The notes beneath the pieces were generated by a model, which made no database searches, was not told the origin of the DNA, and saw only the letters and a program-made list of their open reading frames with translations. This document shows positions 50,312-59,892 of a stretch of 64,000 nt of DNA, in pieces. The stretch's first letter is position 1, and each line of letters starts with the position of its first letter. The position numbers and the translations under genes were made by a program. This DNA is from Armatimonadota bacterium (lineage in GTDB: Bacteria; Armatimonadota; HRBIN16). The stretch spans positions 2,304,001-2,368,000 of the forward strand of contig OY781964.1 of NCBI GenBank assembly GCA_963677485.1, in the 5' to 3' direction.

Positions 50312-50484
50312 ACCTGCTGACTAGTTGCTTCGGCAGAAAGATTTTGGAGGCTGCGAAACAGGCTTTGATTACACACATCAGTGAAGAGGTACGCCGGCTT
50401 GTGGACAAATACGCTCACGACCCTGAAGTGCTCTGCCAACAGCTTACGCAGTTCATCCTGCGCACGCTGAAGCTGGTGCAGTGA
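50308..50484 (+). CDS. 58-aa hypothetical protein (not in ORF track)
   Basis: AGGAGG RBS; ATGA overlap upstream and TGATG overlap downstream; MNLLTSCFGRKILEAAKQALITHISEEVRRLVDKYAHDPEVLCQQLTQFILRTLKLVQ. Confidence 0.65.
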   Translation: MNLLTSCFGRKILEAAKQALITHISEEVRRLVDKYAHDPEVLCQQLTQFILRTLKLVQ

Positions 50485-50879
50485 TGAGCATCACCGTGAC
50501 GCTGGCCGATGTGAAGCTGCTGGCTTATGAAGAGGGCAGCACCAATGACGCTGCGGTGACGGCTTTGATGGAGCTACTTGTTCCTGCGATCGAGGAGCGG
50601 CTGGACAGCAGCCGCGTGACCGAATACTCCAGCACCAACTGGGTAAAACTGGCCGTCACCAAGATCATCGCAGGTGAGTGGGTGGCACGACGGGCCAGGC
50701 TGGTCGATCCTGAGAGCACCGTTGTTGACAGCACGGCCAGTTTGCCGTTAGCCGACCGGCGCGATGACCCCAGCGGTTTGATCAGCGCGGGCTGGAACGC
50801 TCTGCTTCCGCTGGTGAAGGACGAGTTCTTCTGGCTGGGTTCCGCCGAGTGGCTGGAGGGTTTGGATATGGAGGGGTAA
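50484..50879 (+). CDS. Putative head-tail connector/adaptor (gp6/gp36-like)
   Basis: VTLADVK...., D.....L......IE..L, VKLAV..I.A; typical size and position. Confidence 0.5.
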   Translation: MSITVTLADVKLLAYEEGSTNDAAVTALMELLVPAIEERLDSSRVTEYSSTNWVKLAVTKIIAGEWVARRARLVDPESTVVDSTASLPLADRRDDPSGLISAGWNALLPLVKDEFFWLGSAEWLEGLDMEG

Positions 50880-50959
50880 GGGGCGAGGAGATGAGGAGAG
50901 CAACCATCGTTTCCTACTCGTCCTACTCATCTGACTTGTCGTACCTGCCAAAGCCCCTA

Positions 50960-51340
50960 TTGCCACTGTCCGGGGCGGTCTGTGCGCAGGCTTACGGCTA
51001 CGGAAGGTAATAGACCGCGCCGGTCTAGCGGTTAGCCAACTAGATTGGTTTCGGGATCAAGACCGGCGCGGTTAGGGGAAAACCGCCCCGGACATAGGCA
51101 AATCTTCCCTGCTAAAGCCCAGAATGGCTGTGTCCGGGGCGGTCGGTGCGCAGGCTAGCGGCTGCAATGGGCTCGAGACCGCGCCGGTCTGGCGGATAGC
51201 CATGAAGATATGTTTCGGCAATCAAGACCGGCGCGGTTAGGAGAAAACCGCCCCGGACATAGGCAATCAAGGCCGGCGCAGTGGGAAAACCGTCTTGTTC
51301 CCATCCTCCCCATCCGTGTCATCCGCGTAATCCGTGATTC
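50960..51340. repeat. Composite repeat cluster R1
   Basis: Two R1 modules plus atccgtg periodic repeats. Confidence 0.85.
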
Positions 51341-51403
51341 AGACAGTCCGGGTATGCCCCCGGTCTCAGGCAATCAGGCCTGCGCTTTGCTACAATAGGG
51401 TTG

Positions 51404-52684
51404 ATGACAAACAGCGATATTCCACATAGTGTGCCCCTCTCTTCAGAGGGCCTTTGCGCGGGTTACGACCGGCGGGAGGTGCTGCGTAACATCAGCTTTG
51501 AACTGCACTCTGGCGAGTTTGTGGGCATCATTGGTCCCAACGGATGCGGCAAATCTACGCTCATCAAGGCGCTGACAGGTATCCTGAAGCCCACTGGCGG
51601 ACGTGTTCTGGTTCAAGGACAGCCGTTGAGCGAACTGAGCGTGCGCGAGGTGGCCAGACGGATGGCGGTGGTGCCTCAGCATGAGCAGGTGGCGTTTGGC
51701 TTCAGTTGCCGCGATGTGGTGATGATGGGCCGCGCCGCCTACACAGGCATGATGGGCCACTATACAAACAAAGATAAACTGGCCGCTCAGGCAGCTATGG
51801 AGCGTATGAGTGTTTGGGAGTTTCGCGACCGGCCTGTGCAGCAGCTTTCGGGCGGTGAACGCCAACGGGTGGGTCTGGCCCGAGCGTTGGCGCAGCAGTG
51901 CGACCTGCTTCTGCTGGATGAGCCGACCTCGCACCTGGATATCAGCCACCAGATCAGCCTGTTAAGCGAAATACAGAGCCTGCGTAACGAGGACGGGCAC
52001 ACGGTAGTGGCGGTGTTGCATGAGATCAACATGGCAGCCGAGTTCTGTGACCGCATCCTGGTGATGCATAAAGGCAGCGTCGTAGCGGATGGCAGCCCGG
52101 CTGAGGTGATCACCCCGCGGATGTTGAAGCGGGTGTTCGCACTCGATGCGCTGGTGCGGATGAACCCGGTGACCGGGCGTCCGCATATCCTGCCCAAAGG
52201 TTTGCCGGTGGTCGACACGGCTGGCGAGGGTGCGCGGGTGCATATGGTGATTGGCGGTGGCAGCAGCACGCCTTGGATGGCCGCGCTGGTGTCTGCCGGA
52301 TACAGCGTATCCGCCGGGGTGGTAAACCTGCTGGACAGCGACGAGCAGAGCGCGCATGAGATGGGTGTGGAGCTGGTGGTGGAAGCCCCTTTCACGCCGA
52401 TCAGCGAGGAGAGCATCCAGCAGCTTCGCGATGTGGTGCGTTTGTGCCGTGCTGTGGTGGTTGGTCCTGCCTGGCTGGGTTTCGGTAATCTGGCCAACCT
52501 GCATGTGGTGCTGGAGGCGCTTCGGAGTGGTGCCTGTGTGCTTCTGGCCGGTGCCGATCTGGAGGGGCGCGACTACACCGACGGTGAGGCCAGCCGCATC
52601 TGGGCGGAGCTGATCCGTTTAGGAGCCGTGGTGGTAGAGACGCCCGATCAGGCCGTGGCCATATTGCAACAGCGCATCGGTTAG
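51404..52684 (+). CDS. Iron-siderophore/cobalamin ABC transporter ATPase (FepC/BtuD-like) with C-terminal extension
   Basis: GPNGCGKST, LSGGERQR, LLLDEPT.HLD, LHEIN; extra domain HMVIGGGS. Confidence 0.85.
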   Translation: MTNSDIPHSVPLSSEGLCAGYDRREVLRNISFELHSGEFVGIIGPNGCGKSTLIKALTGILKPTGGRVLVQGQPLSELSVREVARRMAVVPQHEQVAFGFSCRDVVMMGRAAYTGMMGHYTNKDKLAAQAAMERMSVWEFRDRPVQQLSGGERQRVGLARALAQQCDLLLLDEPTSHLDISHQISLLSEIQSLRNEDGHTVVAVLHEINMAAEFCDRILVMHKGSVVADGSPAEVITPRMLKRVFALDALVRMNPVTGRPHILPKGLPVVDTAGEGARVHMVIGGGSSTPWMAALVSAGYSVSAGVVNLLDSDEQSAHEMGVELVVEAPFTPISEESIQQLRDVVRLCRAVVVGPAWLGFGNLANLHVVLEALRSGACVLLAGADLEGRDYTDGEASRIWAELIRLGAVVVETPDQAVAILQQRIG

Positions 52685-52751
52685 TAGGTTGCAGCCCGGT
52701 GACATCCCCTGGGCACGTTAATCTCCTGATTGGCATATCGGCATGATTCTT

Positions 52752-52782
52752 GGGGGAGGTTTTTCGGAACCTCCCCCTTTTT
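52752..52782 (+). terminator. Rho-independent terminator after the ABC ATPase
   Basis: ggggaggtt-loop-aacctcccc followed by TTTTT. Confidence 0.7.
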
Positions 52783-52818
52783 GCGTATCTATGGTTCTGG
52801 TGAAACAGAGGTGCGGCG

Positions 52819-53925
52819 ATGGAGTTCTTTTCCGAGATTTGGCGGCGTCTGCAGCGCCGAAAAATGACGCATGAGCAGGTGCCTGTGTGCGACGGGATAG
52901 GCTGGAGTGGCGCGCTGGTCTGGGATGGCGGATTGAAACAGCCCAGCCTGACGGAATGCCTTGAAATGCTGCAGGACGCCCAGGTTCAGGCGGCGCTTCA
53001 GACCAAGAAGCTAGGCGCTCTGAACGCCGAGTGGCATATCGAGCCGGGTTATGACACCGAAGCCAGTCTGCGCGCAGCCCGACTGGTGAAGTATGCTCTG
53101 GAGCAGTTGAAGGGCAGCCTGGGGCGAGTGCTGTGGAACGCAATGGATGCGCTGGCGTTTGGTTATTCCGTGCAGGAGATCAACTACCGGTTGTGTCAGA
53201 AGGGGGAATTCGCCGGCAGCGTGATCTGGCAGAGTGTCAAGGCGAAGGACCCTCGGTTGGTCAGTCTGAAGGTGGATGAGTATCTTAACCTCACCGGTAT
53301 CGGATGCACCGATGCGGAGGGGCGCGAACTTCAGGTGCCGATGGAGAAGTTCGCGGTGTATATCTACAACCCGCGGTTTGAGAACCCCACTGGTCAAAGC
53401 GACTTGCGAGCCGCTTTGATGCACTGGAAGGCGAAACGGCGGCTGCTTCAGAGCTGGCAGCTCAGCCTGGAGCGGTTTGGCGCCCCTACCATGAAGGGCA
53501 CATTGCCGCGTAATGTTTCCGACTACGAACGTGAGGAACTGCTGCATGTGCTGCAGAGGGTTCACGAAAACAGTGCGATTGTGGTTCCAGACGACACGAA
53601 GGTTGAGCTGCTGGAAGGGCAGCCAAGCATCAACAACAGCTACCTGACCGCCGTGCAGTTTCACAACAAAGAGATCGCCAAAGCGATCATGGGGCAGACC
53701 CTCACCACAGACGAAGGATCGCGGGTGGGCAGTCTGGCTCTGGGCAAAATCCACTTCGAGGTGCTGCAGTTCTACATGCGCTGGCTGAGGCGTGAGCTGG
53801 CGGAGCAGCTGGTGGAGGAACAGTTGATGCGCCGGCTGGTGGAAATGAACATCCCCGATGCCGCGGTTCCTAAGTTGGTTTGGGTCGAATCGAAACAGGA
53901 GGCGGATAGTGAGCTCCATTCTTAG
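52819..53925 (+). CDS. Mu gp29-like portal protein (DUF935), short form
   Basis: D..V...LQT.K, DAL.FGYSV.EI, NP.G.S.L, W...LERFG.P, N.EIAKAIMGQTLTT..G..GS.ALG..H. Confidence 0.85.
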   Translation: MEFFSEIWRRLQRRKMTHEQVPVCDGIGWSGALVWDGGLKQPSLTECLEMLQDAQVQAALQTKKLGALNAEWHIEPGYDTEASLRAARLVKYALEQLKGSLGRVLWNAMDALAFGYSVQEINYRLCQKGEFAGSVIWQSVKAKDPRLVSLKVDEYLNLTGIGCTDAEGRELQVPMEKFAVYIYNPRFENPTGQSDLRAALMHWKAKRRLLQSWQLSLERFGAPTMKGTLPRNVSDYEREELLHVLQRVHENSAIVVPDDTKVELLEGQPSINNSYLTAVQFHNKEIAKAIMGQTLTTDEGSRVGSLALGKIHFEVLQFYMRWLRRELAEQLVEEQLMRRLVEMNIPDAAVPKLVWVESKQEADSELHS

Positions 53926-54382
53926 TGTTCAAGATCGTGATCATCTGATCAATCACCCTACGGTGAAAGCCGCGCTCGCGAGCCGGTTCAAGCGTCTGTT
54001 GTCGGATGTCCGTGCCAAGGGATATCCCCTGCTGGTTTGGGAGGTATACCGCAGCGAACAGCACCAGCAGGAGCTCTATTGCCAGGGTCGGAGCAGTGTC
54101 TACCTTCGCAAGATGGGTGTGCCAGCCAACCTGATCGCACAGGCCCGATTGATGGGATACAACCCCGATAAGCCTCGCATCACCAAACAACGGTTGGCTG
54201 GGATGCACTCCCAAGGCCGTGCGATGGATTGTGTATGGCTTATCAAGGGCCAGCCGAGTTGGAATGCACCCGACGAGTGGTGGCAGTGCTACAGCGCTGT
54301 GGCTAAACGCCTGGGCCTGAGCTGGGGCGGCGACTGGAAGATGCGCGACATGGCGCATGTTCAGTGGGAAAAGAAGCTGTGA
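53909..54382 (+). CDS. M15 family L-Ala-D-Glu peptidase (endolysin-like)
   Basis: E.YRS...Q..LY.QGR, H..GRA.D, WGGDW...D..H.Q; AGGAGG RBS, GTG 53909 overlapping the portal stop. Confidence 0.85.
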   Translation: MSSILSVQDRDHLINHPTVKAALASRFKRLLSDVRAKGYPLLVWEVYRSEQHQQELYCQGRSSVYLRKMGVPANLIAQARLMGYNPDKPRITKQRLAGMHSQGRAMDCVWLIKGQPSWNAPDEWWQCYSAVAKRLGLSWGGDWKMRDMAHVQWEKKL

Positions 54383-54384
54383 GG

Positions 54385-54500
54385 AGCGGAGGAGTGGAGG
54401 AGAACGGGAGGCAGGAGAGCAGGAGGCAGGAGAGCAGGAGATGAGGAGAGAGGAGAATGGAGACAGGAGAATGGAGACAGGAGAATGGAGACAGGAGGCT
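54385..54500 (+). repeat. Purine-rich 14-nt tandem repeats
   Basis: (ggagagcaggaggca)-like x2 and (ggagaatggagaca) x3. Confidence 0.8.
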
Positions 54501-54589
54501 GCTCCCTGGGAACGCCAATCTCCCGATTGGCATCTCCCGTCCCTATCCTCCCCATCCGTGTAATCCGTGGTTCAGACAATACGGGCGGG

Positions 54590-55112
54590 TCGGACGTAGG
54601 CAATTATTACCTGTCAAAGCCCGTACTGCCTATGTCCGGGGCGGTCTGTGCGTAGGCTAGCGGTTGCAGAAGGCTCGAGACCGCGCCGGTCTGGCGGTTA
54701 GCCTGAAGTCATTTGTCTCGCCTTGGATCAAGACCGGCGCGGTTAGGGGAAAACCGCCCCGGACGTAGGCAATTATTACCAGCCAAAGCCCAGAATGGCC
54801 ATGTCCGGGGCGGTCTGTGCGCAGGCTAGCGGCTACGGAAGGCTCGAGACCGCGCCGGTCTGGCGGTTAGCCATGAAGCAGCTTGTCACGCCTTGGATCA
54901 AGACCGGCGCGGTTAGGAGAAAACCGCCCCGGACTTAGGCAATCAAGACCGGCACGGTTGGGGAAAACCGCCCCGGACGTAGGCAATCAAGACCGGCACG
55001 GTTGGGGAAAACCGCCCCGGACGTAGGCAATCAAGACCGGCACGGTTGGGGAAAACCGCCCCGGACGTAGGCAATCAGGACCAGTGTAGCGTGGGAAACT
55101 GCCCCGGACATT
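54590..55112. repeat. Composite repeat cluster R1 with 42-nt tandem units
   Basis: Two modules, then caagaccggcacggttggggaaaaccgccccggacgtaggcaat x3. Confidence 0.9.
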
Positions 55113-55126
55113 GGCGGGGCGGTACG

Positions 55127-55162
55127 AAAAAGCGGGCCGGGATTTCTCCCGGCCCGCTTTTT
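55127..55162. terminator. Bidirectional rho-independent terminator
   Basis: aaaaagcgggccggga-tttc-tcccggcccgc followed by a T-run. Confidence 0.85.
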
Positions 55163-55179
55163 TGATTCAAGGATCAGGA

Positions 55180-58098
55180 CTAGAGGGCTGCGCCTGCAGC
55201 TCCGAAGTTCTGGTCGATGATGACGTAGTCGAACAGGTTCACTGAACCGGTGCAATCAAGGTCAGCCATTGCGTCTGCTGAACCGAAGTTCTGGTCAAGA
55301 ACTACGATGTCAAACAGGTTGACTTGGTTGTCGCCGTCAGCGTCGCCGTTCACTGGGGCCATGGCCACAGGAACGTCAACATCACCAACCACTACGCCTG
55401 CGGATTTAACTCGCAGCCAGTGGGTGCTCTTGGCGAGTACGTCGTAGGTGCCGGGTACAACATCGGCCACTACGAACTTGGCATCGGCATCCAAAGTAGC
55501 GGTGACGGTCTTCTTGACGTCCGCACCCTGCTTCAGAACGACATCAATGGACTTGCCTGCCATGTTAGCAGCGGTTAGTGCTGCGTCAAGGTAGGTTCCA
55601 GTGATGGAGCCGATGGTCTGGTTGTATTCGTAAGCACCGATGTCAGGCTTGGTGCCTGCGGGCATCGGGCGGACGTTGTCGTTCACGTCAAAGGTTCGGA
55701 TGCTGTCGATCGCTTTTCCGAAAGCAAGCTTCGAATCGGCGGTCAGGTAACCGGTTGCTGGGTCTAGCTTCGCATCGCCAACCACCGTGTCAGCAGGCAT
55801 GCCGAGAAGGAAGTCACCAGCGGTTCCACCGCGGACGATGTTTCCTTTTCCTACTAGAGGAACAGTGGCTGAGCACTGCAGGCCGCCGGTTGCATCAAAG
55901 ATGCAGTAGTTGGCGGTGACAACGTCGTTTCGAGCTGCCTGGCCAGAGACCAGGTTAGCAGGGGTTCCACCATAGATGGTGCAGTTGTCAAGGGTAATGG
56001 TGGAAGGTGCAGTTGAGTTACTGGTCAGGTTCAGGAGAGAACCGCCGTAACCGGTGCCCTGCCAGATGGTGTTTCCAGCGGTCATAGAGATAGGAGTTGC
56101 ATTAGCGGCGGCACCAGCGATGGCGCGATAGCCACCGGAACCACCGTAGAATGCGCATTTGCTGTATGTCGTGATGGACGGGCCAGAAAGAGCTGCACCG
56201 TCGTTGTTGCAACTGACAAACTCATTGGTGGCTGGGACTTTCGAACAAGTCAGCCATTTGAGGTTCAGTGTGCCGCCAGCGTTGCGTACGAACACGATGG
56301 CGCGGTCAGTTCCGTCTGTTGGGTTTTTCAGCAGTGGATCAAGGTTCAGCTTCTGGGTTGCAGATACACCGTTGATGTTCAAGACACCTGTGGCACTTCG
56401 CATGATCGCGAATAGTGCGCCGCACTTGCCCTGGACGTCCATGTCATTAACGGTGAGTGTGCCATCGCCAAGCAGAATGAAGTTGTTGACAGCGCAGTCT
56501 TTGATGACTGGCTTATTCATGACGGCAACATGCCCGGTAGCGCAGTTGATATTTGCGCCTCCCTGGAAGACAGCACCGTTGAATGTGGTGGTTCCACCAA
56601 CCATGTTAATCCCAGACTGGAAGATGGAGCCATTGAAGGTGCTGGTGCCATTCTGTAGTTGCTGGCCGCCTTCGAACTTGGTGGTGGCATCGCAGGTCAC
56701 GTTACCGCCGTTGTTCAAAATGCCGATGCCGCCGCCGTTCCAGTTGGTGCCCACTACAGTAGCGTTACCGCCCTGGTTGAGCATGGCCCAACCTGTGTCG
56801 CTAAGGGTGCAACCGGTCAGGTTGACCTGTGCGCCGCCGGCCAGGTTCATGATACCCACGTTGGAGTTACCAAACGTGGTGTTAGTTATGTTGTATGTTC
56901 CTGGTAAGCCCACATATATGCCCCACCACTTGTTTAGCAGCAGTGCATAGTCTTTGCTGTTGGTCAGGGTGCAGCCGGTGGCATTCACAGTCAGTGATGC
57001 AGGGACTGTTCCTTGCGCGTTGATAGCACCGACCGTCACGTTTCCGGCGACAGTGGTGTTAGTTAAGCCAACAGTTAAGTTGCTTGTTGCGGCGGCGGGG
57101 GCAATGTTGATTCCGCTGTTGTTGTTAAGAGAAGCAGTACCGCCGGTCAGGCTAACGGTGCCGTCGGAAACTTGCACACCGTTGGTGACGTTGGATTCAA
57201 AGTTGCTTCCAGTCGATGTCAGAGAACCACCAGCGACTGATACGCCGTTAGCTCCAGCCTTCTTCAGTCGTACATTGGTCAGAGTGATGGCGCAGTTACT
57301 GCCATTGAGGAGGTTGGTGCCCAGTCGTGGGCCGTTGGTGGGAAGACAGCCGCCGTCCAGCGTCAGGTCTTGGAATGTCATGTTGCTTACGCCGGCAGCG
57401 ATTGGCTTGCCTTGGAAGCGCATGTAGTTCAGGATGTAGTAGCCGTTGGTGCCAGGGCCGTCAATCCTAAAGTTGGCGGCGGTACCGAGTGCGGGCATGT
57501 CAAAAGTGAAGATGTTCCATGCACCAGCAGTGGCTGTGAAGTGTTTGGAGTTACCTTCAGAGATACCGCCAGTGGAACCCATCCAGAAAATCTGGAAATC
57601 GCCACCGATGGAGCTCCATACACGCCATGTGCAGGTTACAGGAGCGCTGCCCAGGTTGATGTTAGGCGTCGGTGCGAATGGGTCACCACCGGTGACGTCC
57701 CAGCGGATACCGCCGTCAGCACCAGCCACATAGGACTTGGTGACGTTGTTACCAGCAGGCCATCCGGTCACGACTGATTCTGTGGTGAACTCAAATCCGG
57801 GAAGGTTGGCACCCGGCTGTGGACCAACAAGATTGAAATAGCACTGGATCGAAGTTAAATCCTTGCCGCGACCCTTAATGGTGAGGTTTTTAGTAGGCGC
57901 TAAAATTGCGATGTTGCTGTCACCTATTTCGAGGTGGGTAGCTTTGTCTACGAAAATGGTGTCACCGGCTGCTGCTGAGTTAATCGCGGAGGCGATAGTT
58001 CCGCCACCCGAAACTGTAATGGTGGCAGCTTGCAGACCCATAGTGAGACCCATCGCGCAGATGGTAGCCAACGCGAAGGCGAATGGCTTGTTGCTCAT
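55180..58098 (-). CDS. Large secreted beta-helix surface protein with choice-of-anchor-Q-like and dockerin/EF-hand-like C-terminus
   Basis: Signal peptide (MSNKPF..LQA); Gly/Asn/Thr-rich parallel beta-helix repeats; PDIGAYEY; HWLR..GDADGDNQVNLFD...ADLD..G.VNLFD. Confidence 0.75.
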   Translation of the reverse strand: MSNKPFAFALATICAMGLTMGLQAATITVSGGGTIASAINSAAAGDTIFVDKATHLEIGDSNIAILAPTKNLTIKGRGKDLTSIQCYFNLVGPQPGANLPGFEFTTESVVTGWPAGNNVTKSYVAGADGGIRWDVTGGDPFAPTPNINLGSAPVTCTWRVWSSIGGDFQIFWMGSTGGISEGNSKHFTATAGAWNIFTFDMPALGTAANFRIDGPGTNGYYILNYMRFQGKPIAAGVSNMTFQDLTLDGGCLPTNGPRLGTNLLNGSNCAITLTNVRLKKAGANGVSVAGGSLTSTGSNFESNVTNGVQVSDGTVSLTGGTASLNNNSGINIAPAAATSNLTVGLTNTTVAGNVTVGAINAQGTVPASLTVNATGCTLTNSKDYALLLNKWWGIYVGLPGTYNITNTTFGNSNVGIMNLAGGAQVNLTGCTLSDTGWAMLNQGGNATVVGTNWNGGGIGILNNGGNVTCDATTKFEGGQQLQNGTSTFNGSIFQSGINMVGGTTTFNGAVFQGGANINCATGHVAVMNKPVIKDCAVNNFILLGDGTLTVNDMDVQGKCGALFAIMRSATGVLNINGVSATQKLNLDPLLKNPTDGTDRAIVFVRNAGGTLNLKWLTCSKVPATNEFVSCNNDGAALSGPSITTYSKCAFYGGSGGYRAIAGAAANATPISMTAGNTIWQGTGYGGSLLNLTSNSTAPSTITLDNCTIYGGTPANLVSGQAARNDVVTANYCIFDATGGLQCSATVPLVGKGNIVRGGTAGDFLLGMPADTVVGDAKLDPATGYLTADSKLAFGKAIDSIRTFDVNDNVRPMPAGTKPDIGAYEYNQTIGSITGTYLDAALTAANMAGKSIDVVLKQGADVKKTVTATLDADAKFVVADVVPGTYDVLAKSTHWLRVKSAGVVVGDVDVPVAMAPVNGDADGDNQVNLFDIVVLDQNFGSADAMADLDCTGSVNLFDYVIIDQNFGAAGAAL

Positions 58099-58459
58099 TG
58101 AGAATGACCTCTCCCTTAGAAAATTAGTAGTGATAGATTCATCCCTTTGCACGGGGACGGTCGGGCTGCATGAGCAAGTGCCAGCGAACCACAACCATAT
58201 CTCTATTATTTACCAGATTTAGTGGAAAACCCTTGCATTTCTGATAATTTAGTATGTTACATATTATCATGTTTATGTAACATGCGGGGTGGTGTGTGGA
58301 ATATGACAGGTGATAACGATAAGTTTATCACGGGCTGGTGCTTTGGATTGGATTGTGGGAGAGGCTATTTACGGGCGATGATTAATGTTAGACGTCTGTT
58401 TTGGCGGCATGTATTCAAAATTGATGATACAGATCCGGTGGGATGGCCTTTGTGAGCCA

Positions 58460-59892
58460 TTTGGCTGCCTATGTCCGGAGCGGTCTTGTTCCCGAAAGCA
58501 AACCAGAGGGGCTAACCGCCAGACCGGCGCGGTCTCGAGCCATCTGCAACCGCTAACCTGCGCACAGACCGCCCCGGACTTAGGCAATCTGGGCTTTAGC
58601 AGGTAAGAATAGCCACAGTCCGGGGCGATTTTCCCGTAACCGCGCCGGTCATGTAAGTGACTTGGCGTTATAAAGGTCATTCATCCTAACTGCGACGGGT
58701 TCCATCAGCCCGCTAAAGCAGGCCTCGTCACCCGTTGCTTATCATCTGGCGGTCCGCTGAAGCGGACGCGGGGATACTCCCTGCGCCGGCCGGAGCGTAG
58801 CGACGCCGGCCGCTAATGATCAGCCATGCGGTGAGGAAACCCCTTAGGGACGCCAGTCCCGTGGGGTGACCGAACCCGTGGCCAGTTGCCGACATCATTA
58901 GTTGCAGCCTGGGCTGCTGTGCATGCATGGGCGGGTGCTCGTTCCCGAAATCAAACCTGAGGGGCTATCCGCCAGACCGGCGCGGTCTCGAGCCATCTGC
59001 AACCGCTAGCCTACGCACAGACCGCCCCGGACATAGGCAACGCTTGGCGTTATAAAGGTCATTCATCCTGACTGCGACGGGTTCCATCAGCCCGCTAAAG
59101 CAGGCCTCGTCACCCGTCGCTTATTATCTGGCGGTCCGCTGAAGCGGACGCGGGGATACTCCCTGCGCCGGCCGGAGCGTAGCGACGCCGGCCGCTAATG
59201 ATCAGCCATGCGGTGAGGAAACCCCTTAGGGACGCCAGTCCCGTGGGGTGACTGAACCCGTGGCCAGTTGCTGACATCATTAGTCGCAGCCTGGGCTGTC
59301 GTGCATGCACGTTTTCGGTCTCGTTCCCGAAATCAAACCTAAGGGGCTAACCGCCAGACCGGGGCGGTCTCAAGCCATCCGCAACCGCTAGCCTGCGCAC
59401 AGACCGCCCCGGCCATAGGCAAATGAAGCTGTGGCAGGTAGCAGTCGCCACAGTCCGGGGTGGTTTTCCCCACACCGCGCCGGTCATGTAAGTCACTTGG
59501 CTTTATAAAGGTCATTCTGCCTAACTGCGACGGGTTCCATCAGCCCGCTAAAGCAGGCCTCGTCACCCAGGGCGATTCGCGAATCGCCCCTACCTGCGTC
59601 CGCTGAAGCGGACGCGGGGTACTCCCTGCGCCGACCGGAGCGTAGCGACGCCGGCCGCTAATGATCAGCCATGCGGTGAGGAAACCCCTTAGGGACGCCA
59701 GTCCCGTGGGGTGACCGAACCCGTGGCCAGTTGCCGACATCATGAGTTGCAGCCTGGGCTGCCGTGCATGCATGAGCGGGTGCTCGTTTCCGAAAACAAA
59801 CCTAAGGGGCTAACCGCCAGACCGGCGCGGTCTCAAGCCATCTGCAACCGCTAGCCTGCGCACAGACCGCCCGGACTTAGGCAACGCTTGGC
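58460..59892. repeat. Three long tandem composite units (about 380-450 nt; family R2 plus inverted R1)
   Basis: Unit starts cttggc(g/t)ttataaaggtcattc at 58661, 59043 and 59496. Confidence 0.9.

Noticed and set aside
49180-53919. Long antisense ORFs (49180-50094, 51787-52497, 53011-53919; likewise 9932-10759 and 33297-35081)
   Set aside because: Shadow frames of GC-rich genes with recognisable products on the opposite strand
47839-54382. Intact Mu-like prophage
   Set aside because: No transposase A/B, repressor, terminase or tail genes, and the cluster is interrupted by a host gene and repeats
54943-55075. 42-nt tandem repeats (also 36395-36545 and 62740-62946) as a CRISPR array
   Set aside because: Units are head-to-tail with no unique spacers, there are no cas genes, and the same unit is part of dispersed palindromic modules
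58728-59773. Three near-identical 66-77-aa ORFs (MHA.QPRL.LMMSATGHG..)
   Set aside because: They lie within palindromic repeat units, have no clear RBS and are best explained as repeat-derived; the same applies to ORFs in other R1 clusters (12401-12808, 35798-36455, 51155-51398, 62079-63089)
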